64,000 nt of DNA from positions 16,089 to 80,088 of the forward strand of contig JAGGTK010000099.1 of assembly GCA_021163765.1 (NCBI GenBank). Reading direction: 5' to 3'. Origin of the DNA: a bacterium (GTDB lineage Bacteria; 4484-113). Of the stretch, positions 54,261 through 62,991 are shown one piece after another. The notes under the pieces were generated by a model. It made no database searches. It worked only from the letters and a program-made list of their open reading frames with translations, and was not told the DNA's origin. How positions within the stretch are numbered: the first letter of the stretch is position 1; each line of letters opens with the position of its first letter. The position numbers and the translations under genes are program-made.

Positions 54261-56173
54261 TGGGTTTCACTGAGACTGCCCGCCAGCACCTTCAGCAGCT
54301 TGACAAGCGGGTCTGCTACACGCTCCTTGCGCGCAATTCGCATCCTGAAGGAAGCGATTGGGTTGAGCTGAAACTGGCCAGCGCCGGCTTCGTGCTGGTC
54401 AGCGACCGGACCGAGTTTGCGGCGTCACTTGAGTTCACGATCCCCGCTAGCGACAGCGCGTGCTTCGCCGAGCTTGACCCCGGAAACGTCCTGGCGCTGT
54501 TTTCAGAAGTCAAGCTCGTATGTGAGGTGGCCGGGGAGAGCGAGATTCTCTTTCGCGGGTTTGTAACAGAAATCCGTGAGGAAGGCGCACATATCCGCGT
54601 GTTTGCGCGCGACCACGCACTAAAGCTCTCGCGTACCATCTGTGCTGTGGAGATAGAAGGCGACAGGACAGACGAGATTGAGAACGCACCGCTTATCGCT
54701 CTTGCTGGTGAGTTCGACGACCACACGTATGGATTTGACCCCAACGTCACGCCTTTGGGTTTCTCCAGTGAAGGGAAAAGGCGTGCCTGGAAGCCGGGAG
54801 ACATCAGAATATATGAAAACGGCGAAGAAGCTTCTCCTGACTTCTACCGCGTCTATCCGATGAGCGGCGTGGTGAAATTCCTTGACCCGCTACCCGCGTC
54901 GCCCACGGTAAGCGGCGTTCGCTGTTATATCGAGGCTACGAGTGACGCGGCGAAGGCTGTGGCTGAAGCGCTTCAGCATCCTGAAGATGATGGCGGTATA
55001 GGCGCAGCATCCGGCGAGCTGGATTTGCCAGACATCGGGATAGGCCTGCACCTGCTTGAGTGGAAGCGCGGGGATGGGCATACCTCGGACTGCGTTTCCA
55101 GGATCGCCGACAGGCTGCCACGCAACTACTTTTTCCACTATGACAGTGAAGCCGGCAAGTACACGCACGGGTTGCTGGAGCAGAAGGAGACGCCAGCGCG
55201 GCCACTCATCAACGTTTCGTCGTTTGCGCGTATCCGCACAAGAGAACGCATCTACACGCGGGTCGTTGTGCATGGCGCACGAACAAATCCGCCTAACCTC
55301 GCTCTCAACGCGACGGTGGCAGACCTGCAGGCTGGAGTCGGCGAGAAATACGAATGGAACGGCAACGAGAAGCACTTCGGCGAAGGCTCGGTTGCACTGA
55401 CCTGCGATGGCGACAGCAACCGGGGATTCGGGCGCCACGACGCGCCATACTCGTACGAGTTCTACGACTTTGCCAAGTATGACCTGGGGCTGGACGGGAA
55501 CGGGCAGCCACCACGGGTCAGCGCCGTAGGCATCGTCGCTGCCAATTCCAAGAACGTTAACAGCCAGAAGTCTGCCAACAGCAAGTTCAGCTACGGCTAT
55601 GAGATTCTGGGAAGCACCGACGATATAAGTTACGAGCGGGTCTCGCCTGATGCGCACTTGCTGCTCCCGCCGCTGGCAGAAGCGCTGCTGACTAATCTGA
55701 CAATGCGGAGGATGCGCTACGTTAAGGTTCGCGTGAAGCCGGCCAAGGACGGCGTGAGCAACGAAAGCGATCCTGGCCTGGCGCTAAACGAGATACGCAT
55801 CTTCGGTGAAGGCGATTTCGTTGTGGAAGCGGCTGTGCAGGCGACAGACCCCGGTGAGCCTTACTACTATCCGGAGCTGCTCGAGAAGACGGACGGCGCG
55901 GGGCCGCAAGTGCTCACGGTTGAAGTTGGTGATGAGCTGCCGGAAAGCGAGGCATTGAAGCTCGCAAGGGACCTGCTGGAAGAGTCGCTTTACGCTTACT
56001 TTGGCTACGAAGCCGTGTGTATCGCCGATCCCACAGTTCGTGTTGGCGACACGGTGTCCTGCACCCATCCTGTTACGGGCAACGCTCAGGCGTTCCTCGT
56101 GGAGCGCGTGGAACTTGCGCCGGCGCGCACGCGCGTTTTCGGAACAGACTACAACGCGGAGGTTCTGCGATGA
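54260..56173 (+). CDS. large tail tip/baseplate-type protein with a discoidin (F5/8 type C, galactose-binding-like) domain
   Basis: 637 aa, the largest ORF of the block. The segment ..MRRMRYVKVRVKPAKDGVSNESDPGLALNEIRIFGEG has the typical ending of discoidin-type carbohydrate-binding domains. Confidence 0.5.
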   Translation: MGFTETARQHLQQLDKRVCYTLLARNSHPEGSDWVELKLASAGFVLVSDRTEFAASLEFTIPASDSACFAELDPGNVLALFSEVKLVCEVAGESEILFRGFVTEIREEGAHIRVFARDHALKLSRTICAVEIEGDRTDEIENAPLIALAGEFDDHTYGFDPNVTPLGFSSEGKRRAWKPGDIRIYENGEEASPDFYRVYPMSGVVKFLDPLPASPTVSGVRCYIEATSDAAKAVAEALQHPEDDGGIGAASGELDLPDIGIGLHLLEWKRGDGHTSDCVSRIADRLPRNYFFHYDSEAGKYTHGLLEQKETPARPLINVSSFARIRTRERIYTRVVVHGARTNPPNLALNATVADLQAGVGEKYEWNGNEKHFGEGSVALTCDGDSNRGFGRHDAPYSYEFYDFAKYDLGLDGNGQPPRVSAVGIVAANSKNVNSQKSANSKFSYGYEILGSTDDISYERVSPDAHLLLPPLAEALLTNLTMRRMRYVKVRVKPAKDGVSNESDPGLALNEIRIFGEGDFVVEAAVQATDPGEPYYYPELLEKTDGAGPQVLTVEVGDELPESEALKLARDLLEESLYAYFGYEAVCIADPTVRVGDTVSCTHPVTGNAQAFLVERVELAPARTRVFGTDYNAEVLR

Positions 56174-56967
56174 CCAGGAATGCAAGCCTTCCGCAGGCCC
56201 TGAAGTCACTGGTGGACGAGCGCCTTGAAGCGCAGAAGAAGCGCATCACCGGCATGGGCAGCGAGCTGAAACCGCGCGCGCCCTACTTCGGGGGGCCGGG
56301 CGGCGGCGACGACTTCGAACTCGGGGGAGTGAGCAGCCTTTCGGTACCCGGCGAAGATGGCATAGAAGGGGATGTTGAAATTGCCGGGGGAGAGGGGCTT
56401 GTGGCCAGCCAGTCCACCGACACTATTACGCTGGCTGCTCCGCGCATCAGGCACTGTCCAAATCCGCGAACTCCGCTTGCCCTCGCAACTGCGGCTTCGT
56501 TGATAGGGAGTCGCATCTATTTGCATCCGACAGAGCTGCCGGGGAGTATGCAGGTTGCGGCGTATTTCCTTCAGATAGAACGCGCCGGCGACCCGGACGA
56601 TCAGGTGTCGCTCATCGAAGTTGCGATATACAAGCGCAACGTAAGTGACGACGGCTTCACGCGAGAGGCTCACTTCGGAGCGCCCTGTTTCAATGATTTC
56701 AGCCAGGTTGCCACGGGAAACGTCTACAGGTCCGCTCTGGGTTCGAGTGTCCTCATTCCGATGGGGCAGCATTTCCTGGCGTTTCTATACAAGTACTCGG
56801 GTGTGGACGGTTACAGGTTTGGAGTGTGTGAAGCCCCCGGCGCCCACTATCCGGGCTCAGGCATCTACCAGGACGGAAGCGCCACAGAGCTTCCCGCGTC
56901 GATACCCGACTCGGATCTTTGCGCAGGGTGCACCGCTATTGTCTGGACTGAACTTGCGGCAGACTAG
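56170..56967 (+). CDS. tail fibre/receptor-binding-position protein
   Basis: 265 aa with an ATGA overlap. A Gly/Asp-rich N-terminal region is followed by a globular C-terminal part. Confidence 0.35.
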   Translation: MTRNASLPQALKSLVDERLEAQKKRITGMGSELKPRAPYFGGPGGGDDFELGGVSSLSVPGEDGIEGDVEIAGGEGLVASQSTDTITLAAPRIRHCPNPRTPLALATAASLIGSRIYLHPTELPGSMQVAAYFLQIERAGDPDDQVSLIEVAIYKRNVSDDGFTREAHFGAPCFNDFSQVATGNVYRSALGSSVLIPMGQHFLAFLYKYSGVDGYRFGVCEAPGAHYPGSGIYQDGSATELPASIPDSDLCAGCTAIVWTELAAD

Positions 56968-56990
56968 CCGCCATTAACAAGGAGGAGAGT

Positions 56991-57233
56991 GTGGATCTCA
57001 AGAGAATCGGCAGGAAAATACTCGTGTTTGTACTCAATCTGCTTTTCGCCATTTACGAGGTGGAATCTGAACTCGTTATGGCCATAGTCGCCGAAGTGCG
57101 CGCCGAGGGTCTGGCCGGCGATGAAGCCCGCCGCGAAGTGTTCAGGCGCTTCCGTGAGCGCTACAAGGACGAGCTGCGGGACAGCGTGCTCAATCTTTTA
57201 ATAGAAGCAGCGGTTGTCGTGGGCAAGCCCTAG
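56991..57233 (+). CDS. small membrane protein (holin-position)
   Basis: 80 aa with a GTG start after AAGGAGGAG. One hydrophobic helix (ILVFVLNLLFAIY). Confidence 0.3.
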   Translation: MDLKRIGRKILVFVLNLLFAIYEVESELVMAIVAEVRAEGLAGDEARREVFRRFRERYKDELRDSVLNLLIEAAVVVGKP

Positions 57234-57235
57234 CG

Positions 57236-57547
57236 ATGGAGCAGTGGCCAATCACCATCGGGAACCTCGGCATAGGCGGAGGCTTGGCGTTCTTCTTCGC
57301 GTGGTATCTGGTGCGGGTAGTTATACCCTCGCTGACCAGGGAAAACGGTAAGCAGCGGCAGGCGTTCCTTGCAGAACTAAAGGAGCAAAGGCGCGAGTTC
57401 ATCGCAGCGCTGCACGAATTGAAGGAGAGCGGTGAGCAGTCAGCTAAATGCGTCTCGCGGGAGCTTTCAGGCCTGGGAACGGCGATACAACGCAACAGTG
57501 AGCTGATTGTGCAGTTTAATCGCGGGCGCGAGGTCGGCGGAAGGTGA
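57236..57547 (+). CDS. holin-like single-pass membrane protein
   Basis: 103 aa. A TM helix (IGNLGIGGGLAFFFAWYLVRVVI) and a charged coiled tail. It directly precedes the endolysin. Confidence 0.35.
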   Translation: MEQWPITIGNLGIGGGLAFFFAWYLVRVVIPSLTRENGKQRQAFLAELKEQRREFIAALHELKESGEQSAKCVSRELSGLGTAIQRNSELIVQFNRGREVGGR

Positions 57548-57551
57548 GTGG

Positions 57552-58010
57552 ATGCGAATTATCGACATCCGTGAGGACCTCGCACGCAGCCGTTCAAGGA
57601 AGTACGCAACAAGGCCGCTGCGCAAAATCGAGAAGCTCGTGGTGCATCATTCGGGCACGCGCGGTGGCACACCTAAGTCTTTTGCCTGGTATCATGTCCA
57701 CGCGCGTGGGTGGCCGGGCATCGGCTACCACTACGTGATTTCGCCCGACGGCGTGGTCTTCAAGACTAATGCGCTCACGACAGTAAGCTACCACGCGAGG
57801 GGAGCGAACCTCGGCGGTGTGGGCATCTGTCTGGTGGGCGACTTCAACCGGTCTGAGCCAACTGATGCCCAGATGGAGGCGCTCACCGAGCTGCTCGGCT
57901 TATTGCTCCACCACCATCCAGGGGCTGAAATCGTGCTGCACCGCGAAGTGAAGGGCTCACGCACAAGCTGTCCGGGGCTGAAGTTTCCGGCCGAGGGGCT
58001 TCCGCGCTAG
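57552..58010 (+). CDS. N-acetylmuramoyl-L-alanine amidase (Amidase_2 / T7 lysozyme / PGRP family) endolysin
   Basis: KLVVHHSGT...GWPGIGYHYVISPDG...SYHARGAN..GVGICLVGDF...LHREV...SCPG is collinear with T7 lysozyme, including the Zn ligand positions. Confidence 0.85.
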   Translation: MRIIDIREDLARSRSRKYATRPLRKIEKLVVHHSGTRGGTPKSFAWYHVHARGWPGIGYHYVISPDGVVFKTNALTTVSYHARGANLGGVGICLVGDFNRSEPTDAQMEALTELLGLLLHHHPGAEIVLHREVKGSRTSCPGLKFPAEGLPR

Positions 58011-58873
58011 ATGGGGGCCAGCCCCAATCGCTCCAGCAGGCCATTGACGTATTCCTGCGGCATCTTCCAGCCTGAATAGGGTCCGCCGGAGAAGCCGTGA
58101 AAGTCGCTGCCGCCCGTAACGACGAGCCCGCGTGCTCTGGCGAGCCGGAGCAGTTCATCTTTCATCGATTCCTGGCCTTTATAAAAAGTCTCAACGCCGT
58201 CAATGTCGGCGGAGAGGGCGGCTTCTCTCACCTTTGAGGACACGATTTTGCCTGGATGGGCGACAACCGCCAGCGCGCCGTGGCGCCTTATCCAGGTGAT
58301 TCCTTCAGTAAAAGGCAATGGCGGAGGCAAATACGCCTTGCCGCCGGGCCCGTATGTTTCCTCCTCGAAACGGTCGAACCAGCGCCTGACGCTGCCGGTA
58401 GCCAGGCCTATGGCCGACCACAGAGGGCGTCTAAGCAGATAGTCCCGGACGAAATGGGCAACCATAACCGGATCCGGTTCCGCTTTCCGCTGCAGCCGTT
58501 CAAAGTCGAAGTCATAGCCTTCTGCGCGCAGCCTTTCGCAAATCCTCGCCTGCAACTCGTTTCGCTGCCGCTTAATCTGCTCAAGCCCGTGTGCAAGCTC
58601 CTCGTCAGCACGCAGTCCCATCGCCAGAACGTGGACCTCTTCGCCTGCGCCGTCGGCTTCGAGCCAAGTGGTCAGTTCGAGCGCAGGAATCGTGACAATG
58701 CCAAGGTGGAACGCCTTCTCGGAAAACTCCAGGCTCCCGCCAAATGTGTCGTGGTCGGTCAGGGCGGCGACGCGAACACCGCGCTTTTTCAGGAGGCGTG
58801 CCAACTGCGGGGGGCTGTAACGTCCGTCTGAATGCGTGGAATGAAAGTGCAGATCGCAGGTTATATCAGACAT
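58007..58873 (-). CDS. PHP-domain metal-dependent phosphoesterase (TrpH/YciV-like)
   Basis: DLHFHSTHSDG...ALTDHDT...AHP...GSDFHG. Confidence 0.8.
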   Translation of the reverse strand: MSDITCDLHFHSTHSDGRYSPPQLARLLKKRGVRVAALTDHDTFGGSLEFSEKAFHLGIVTIPALELTTWLEADGAGEEVHVLAMGLRADEELAHGLEQIKRQRNELQARICERLRAEGYDFDFERLQRKAEPDPVMVAHFVRDYLLRRPLWSAIGLATGSVRRWFDRFEEETYGPGGKAYLPPPLPFTEGITWIRRHGALAVVAHPGKIVSSKVREAALSADIDGVETFYKGQESMKDELLRLARARGLVVTGGSDFHGFSGGPYSGWKMPQEYVNGLLERLGLAPI

Positions 58874-58891
58874 GTCGGCTCGCCAATTATA

Positions 58892-59287
58892 TCAGCGAAA
58901 CCCGGATAAAGCGGACAAAAGGAAAGGAAGATAGATTGTCACAAGCGCGATGATCAGGATAAGCACCACGAGTGCAATTAGCAGGCCAATTGCAGCGCCG
59001 GGCTCAAAGGGTGCTCTTTGAATGTAATAGGTTACCGAGTGGGTTACGGTTGGGCGTTCGGCCCATCGCTTTTCCAGATGCGCCCTCCACTCGCGGATGA
59101 ATCGCTCGTTTTCTTCCTTGCGGCCAGGCATCTGCATGTACAGGTGGTATGCGGCGGCGAATACCGCGCCGAAGACCACGACCGTGACCAGCGCCGGGAT
59201 GAAGAAACCAATCAGGAGGAAGCCGAAAAAGAGCGCGAAAAAGGTGGCGAACCAGGCAACGACTACTCTTGGTTCAAAAACCATCAT
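58892..59287 (-). CDS. hypothetical membrane protein
   Basis: 131 aa with hydrophobic helices at both ends and a charged centre. Confidence 0.45.
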   Translation of the reverse strand: MMVFEPRVVVAWFATFFALFFGFLLIGFFIPALVTVVVFGAVFAAAYHLYMQMPGRKEENERFIREWRAHLEKRWAERPTVTHSVTYYIQRAPFEPGAAIGLLIALVVLILIIALVTIYLPFLLSALSGFR

Positions 59288-59306
59288 ATGGGCTTCCTCT
59301 GTATGA

Positions 59307-60761
59307 TTATACCTTCCCTAAGCCCTCGGCGGCGTATTGCCGCACGAAAGCGTCAGCTTCGTCCACATCCTGCACCGTTCCCTCAACCTGCGCTTCGAGC
59401 AGCGCTTCCTTCAAACGTCCTATGTCGGGACCTTCCGGCAGACCGGTCACCTCCATTATCTGATCGCCCGTAAGCAGCGGTATCGGCTCCACCGTTTCTT
59501 CGCTGAAGTAGTGGTGCCAGAGTATCGCGTTGACCACCTCTTCGTGCTTCGCAAGGAATTCCTCGCCGGCATCCGGGCCGCGCGTCGCTCTGGCATCCGC
59601 CAGCGCATGAATGCAGCTCATTGTGGCAGCGTCGCCGAGCTTGCGGTGAAAACGGTAAATGAGCTTGTTCGTGAGCTGCGGCTCATTGCAGTAAAAGCCC
59701 ACCCGGAGGTGCTCTTCAATGAGCAGGAGCAGCACATTACGCTCCCAGTTTGACAGGCGCAGCCTTTCGAGTATCGGCTCGGCGATCTCGCGGCCTGCCT
59801 GCTGGTGGCCGTAAAAAGTGAGCTTACCGTTTTCCTGCACTTGCGCGGTCTGGGGTTTGCCGACATCGTGGAAGAGTAAAGCGAGTTTAACCAGTGATGC
59901 CCGCGTGGCCGGTGGCGAGACAACCTCGCGCATCTCCGCAAGCACCGTGTCGCGCACGTCATCAGCCAGTCCTTCCCCGGCAGAGAGGATATGCTCCAGC
60001 TCCCGGATCGCTTCAAGGCTGTGTGCCAGCACAGGCAGATGGTGGAAGTCGTTTTGCCTGAAGTGCCGCATCGGCTCGATTTCCGGGAAGAGCGCTGTCA
60101 GCACGCCCGCCTTGTCGAGCGCCGCCAGCCCGGCGTGTGCACGAGGCTGTCGCAGCATCAAGAACAGCTCTTCGCGGATCCTCTCGCCGGCGGCTTGATT
60201 GACTGCGTCCGCGTGAAGCCCAAGCAAAGACGCCGTGACTTCCTCTATCTCGAATCCCAGCTGGACCGCAAACCTGTAGGCTCGCAGGATGCGCAGAGGA
60301 TCCGCCAGGAGGTTGTTCTCAGCTACGGCAACGATCCGGTGCTGCGCCAGGTCTGACAGTCCATCAGCAGGATCGATTAGCGCACCGGCTATGTCTTTGT
60401 CACCAAGGCGGCCAAAAGGAAGCCCGATTGCATTGACCGTAAAGTCCCGCCGCAGAAGATCCTCTTCCCAGCCACTGCCTTCCAAAGGCGTTATGTCAAG
60501 TGTCCCGTGGAATAGCGTAAAACGGCGCGTCTGAAACCGGTCGCCCAGGGCGAAAGCATCCTCGCCCAGAGCCTCTGCGATTGCCGAAACGCCAGAGTCG
60601 TAATCCCCACTCAGGACGATATCTATATCAGTGGGGGTCCGGCCGAGCAACGCATCCCTTATGAAGCCCCCGACAAGGAGGGCGTCCAATCCGAGCCCGC
60701 TAATCTCCGCGATAACGGGATGGTGCCGGAGGACACGTGAAAGGTTCGCGACATCAGGCAT
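59307..60761 (-). CDS. cca: tRNA nucleotidyltransferase / poly(A) polymerase family protein with HD domain (CCA-adding type)
   Basis: LVGGFIRDALLG..TDIDIV (the nucleotidyltransferase head), RDFTVNA, and later LLFHDVGK (HD). Confidence 0.8.
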   Translation of the reverse strand: MPDVANLSRVLRHHPVIAEISGLGLDALLVGGFIRDALLGRTPTDIDIVLSGDYDSGVSAIAEALGEDAFALGDRFQTRRFTLFHGTLDITPLEGSGWEEDLLRRDFTVNAIGLPFGRLGDKDIAGALIDPADGLSDLAQHRIVAVAENNLLADPLRILRAYRFAVQLGFEIEEVTASLLGLHADAVNQAAGERIREELFLMLRQPRAHAGLAALDKAGVLTALFPEIEPMRHFRQNDFHHLPVLAHSLEAIRELEHILSAGEGLADDVRDTVLAEMREVVSPPATRASLVKLALLFHDVGKPQTAQVQENGKLTFYGHQQAGREIAEPILERLRLSNWERNVLLLLIEEHLRVGFYCNEPQLTNKLIYRFHRKLGDAATMSCIHALADARATRGPDAGEEFLAKHEEVVNAILWHHYFSEETVEPIPLLTGDQIMEVTGLPEGPDIGRLKEALLEAQVEGTVQDVDEADAFVRQYAAEGLGKV

Positions 60762-60858
60762 AAGCTGATATTAGCACAAGGCATTGACGGCTACTTATGC
60801 GCCCTGGCTCTGACGCAGCGCCCCTGGCAGCGTGCCGGTTATGCCCGTTTCCGGCTGC

Positions 60859-61881
60859 CTAGGTGCCAGGGAAGAGCGGCGTCCTGCGGCTCTCAGTCTT
60901 CAGTCCCTGCACTTCCTCTCGGAGTTTCCCGCGTTCTATAGGGTCAGCGCCAACGTAGGCGGCGTAAAAACCCTCAGCAATGACTTGAGTCTCGCCATAT
61001 ATGCGGTAGTACATAAAGTAAGTGTCCTGGCGAGGGAATTTCGTCTGTTTCTTCTCGGGCAATTGCAGCCAGAGCTGGTCCACGACTGCATCCTCGTTGA
61101 TAAGGCGGAAATACCCGTTTCCCGGCGAAAACTCCTCGTGCCAGGGCTCGAAAATGCGGTTTGTAATGGGGCTGGTGTATTCGCACATCCATCTCTGGAC
61201 CCAGCGCTCCCATTCCTTGCCCTTCATGCGCCTTCGCGGGTCGAGCAGATAGCGCATATCGTAATAGTCGATAAAGAGCTGGTCGGTGCGTTCAAGGACC
61301 GTCTTGCTGTGGTTCTTCCAGTAATTGCGCATGAGAGCTGCGAACACAGTGAACAGCGTGTCGCTTTCCCAGTACTGGAGGTCGTCTCCGGGGAGAACAT
61401 TGAAGGGGTAATAGCGTTTCAAAAGGAGCCTCTCGTTATCGGTAAGGGTTTCGTACCGCTTGCACCGTCCACAGTACTTCACTCCGGGAATCCGGATCTT
61501 GCGGATATAGGTGGGGGGGCCCTGGGTGCGCGTATAGACGTTCATAATCGCGGCCCGGATCTTCTCTTTGTACTCCTCCTCGGTCCACCAGTTCTTGCGC
61601 TCAGTAACCATAGGAATGAACTCTTCTGCCGGCAGGCATTCATCCCAGAAGTCCGGGGGCATCTCAAACGACTGCATGATCTTCGTAACCGCAGCCTTGG
61701 CCTGCTCGTCGGACAGCGACCTTGCGTAGACGGGCTTATCGTGGTACCAGGGGCGCTCTTTCTTCACGTGGACCGGTCCTACGTCAGCTACCGGCAGATA
61801 ACTCGGGCGCTCCGTCTCACTGCAAGCGCAAGTTATCGCTCCGGCGAGAATCGCTATGATAAATGTAATCCCAAACTTCAT
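60859..61881 (-). CDS. putative lipoprotein, Trp/Tyr-rich, unknown function
   Basis: 340 aa with a signal/lipobox-like N-terminus (IIAILAGAITCAC) and normal protein-like composition. Preferred over the antisense frame of the 719-aa plus-strand track ORF. Confidence 0.55.
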   Translation of the reverse strand: MKFGITFIIAILAGAITCACSETERPSYLPVADVGPVHVKKERPWYHDKPVYARSLSDEQAKAAVTKIMQSFEMPPDFWDECLPAEEFIPMVTERKNWWTEEEYKEKIRAAIMNVYTRTQGPPTYIRKIRIPGVKYCGRCKRYETLTDNERLLLKRYYPFNVLPGDDLQYWESDTLFTVFAALMRNYWKNHSKTVLERTDQLFIDYYDMRYLLDPRRRMKGKEWERWVQRWMCEYTSPITNRIFEPWHEEFSPGNGYFRLINEDAVVDQLWLQLPEKKQTKFPRQDTYFMYYRIYGETQVIAEGFYAAYVGADPIERGKLREEVQGLKTESRRTPLFPGT

Positions 61882-61968
61882 TACGCCTTACCTCACGTAA
61901 GCGTGATTGGCTGGACTGCAATCCATTATACCGCAATGCACGGGCACCCGGGATGGGCAAAGCGGCGA

Positions 61969-62991
61969 ATGATAGAATCGTTCAGGGTTATGGCGAAGGT
62001 AACGCAATTGCTGGACGTGCGAGATCTGGTTAAGCACTTCCCGTACGTCCAGCGGCGAGGTTGCTTTCCCAAGAAGGTGGCGCTCAGGGCCGTTGATGGC
62101 GTGAGCTTCTCGCTGGCTCGAAAAGAAGTGCTGGGTCTTGTAGGCGAGTCCGGTTGCGGCAAGACAACCACAGGGAAGATGATTGCCGGCCTGCTAAATC
62201 CGACCGATGGCGAGATACTGTTTGAGGGTGAAAACCTCACGGGCTTGTCTTCGGGTAAAAAGCGCTTGCTCCGCCGCCGGATACAGATGATCTTCCAGGA
62301 CACAGTATCTTCCCTGAATCCCCGGATGAAAGTCGGAGCCATTCTCCAGGAGCCGTTGCTGGTGAACCGCATCGGGACGGCAAAGGAGCGGCGTGAGCGG
62401 CTGGCGGAGATACTGGATGAAGTAGGCCTGCCGCCGGATTCGGCGGGGCGTTATCCCCACGAGTTCTCCGGTGGCCAGAGGCAGCGCATAGGCATCGGTC
62501 GCGCATTGATGCTGCACCCGGACCTGGTCATTGCAGACGAGCCGGTCTCTGCGCTTGACGTTTCCATCCAGGCGCAGATAATAAACCTGCTGCTGGAGCT
62601 GCAAGACACATACGAGCTTTCGATGCTTTTCATCGCACACGATCTTTCGGTAGTTCGCGCGGTATGTGAACGTGTGGCGATAATGTACCTTGGGCGCATC
62701 GTGGAAACGGGAGATACCGAGAGCATTTTCGCTCACCCGCTGCACCCATACACGCGGGCGCTTCTATCGGCGGTGCCGGTGCCGGACCCGGCGGTGAAAC
62801 TGTCGGTGCCGCCGACCAGCGACGAAGCTTCCTCGCCTGTGAACCTGCCTTCGGGCTGCCGGTTTGCCACGCGATGCCCCCAGGCTATGCCGCTCTGCCA
62901 CCAGAAGGAGCCCGGGCTGATACCTGACCGCGCTGAGCCGTCGCATTCCGTGGCCTGTTTCCTGTATGATAATAATGGAGATGGCATATGA
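61969..62991 (+). CDS. oligopeptide/dipeptide-type ABC transporter ATP-binding protein (OppF/DppF-like), no cognate permease or binding protein adjacent
   Basis: GESGCGKTTTG, FSGGQRQRIGIGRAL, IADEPVSALD and a C-terminal HPYTRALLSAVP..GCRFATRCP extension. The start is at 61969 or 61990. The upstream 1.1 kb of the track ORF is rejected. Confidence 0.8.
   Translation: MIESFRVMAKVTQLLDVRDLVKHFPYVQRRGCFPKKVALRAVDGVSFSLARKEVLGLVGESGCGKTTTGKMIAGLLNPTDGEILFEGENLTGLSSGKKRLLRRRIQMIFQDTVSSLNPRMKVGAILQEPLLVNRIGTAKERRERLAEILDEVGLPPDSAGRYPHEFSGGQRQRIGIGRALMLHPDLVIADEPVSALDVSIQAQIINLLLELQDTYELSMLFIAHDLSVVRAVCERVAIMYLGRIVETGDTESIFAHPLHPYTRALLSAVPVPDPAVKLSVPPTSDEASSPVNLPSGCRFATRCPQAMPLCHQKEPGLIPDRAEPSHSVACFLYDNNGDGI

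Larger units (their letters stand above)
47526..58010 (+). mobile_element. phage-derived head-tail-lysis gene block lacking terminase, protease and integrase (candidate GTA-like / domesticated particle locus, or prophage remnant)
   Basis: 17 co-directional ORFs, mostly with overlapping or abutting start/stop codons, in portal-to-endolysin order. Bounded by unrelated minus-strand genes on both sides. Confidence 0.55.

Noticed and set aside
60832-61968. The N-terminal ~380 codons of the 719-aa plus-strand track ORF (60832..62991).
   Set aside because: This part is antisense to a much more protein-like minus-strand ORF (60859..61881, signal/lipobox N-terminus, balanced composition). It is itself L/V/R/A-rich with no recognisable motif. 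Only the part from 61969/61990 onward matches an ABC ATPase. The long open antisense frame is the usual high-GC shadow effect.
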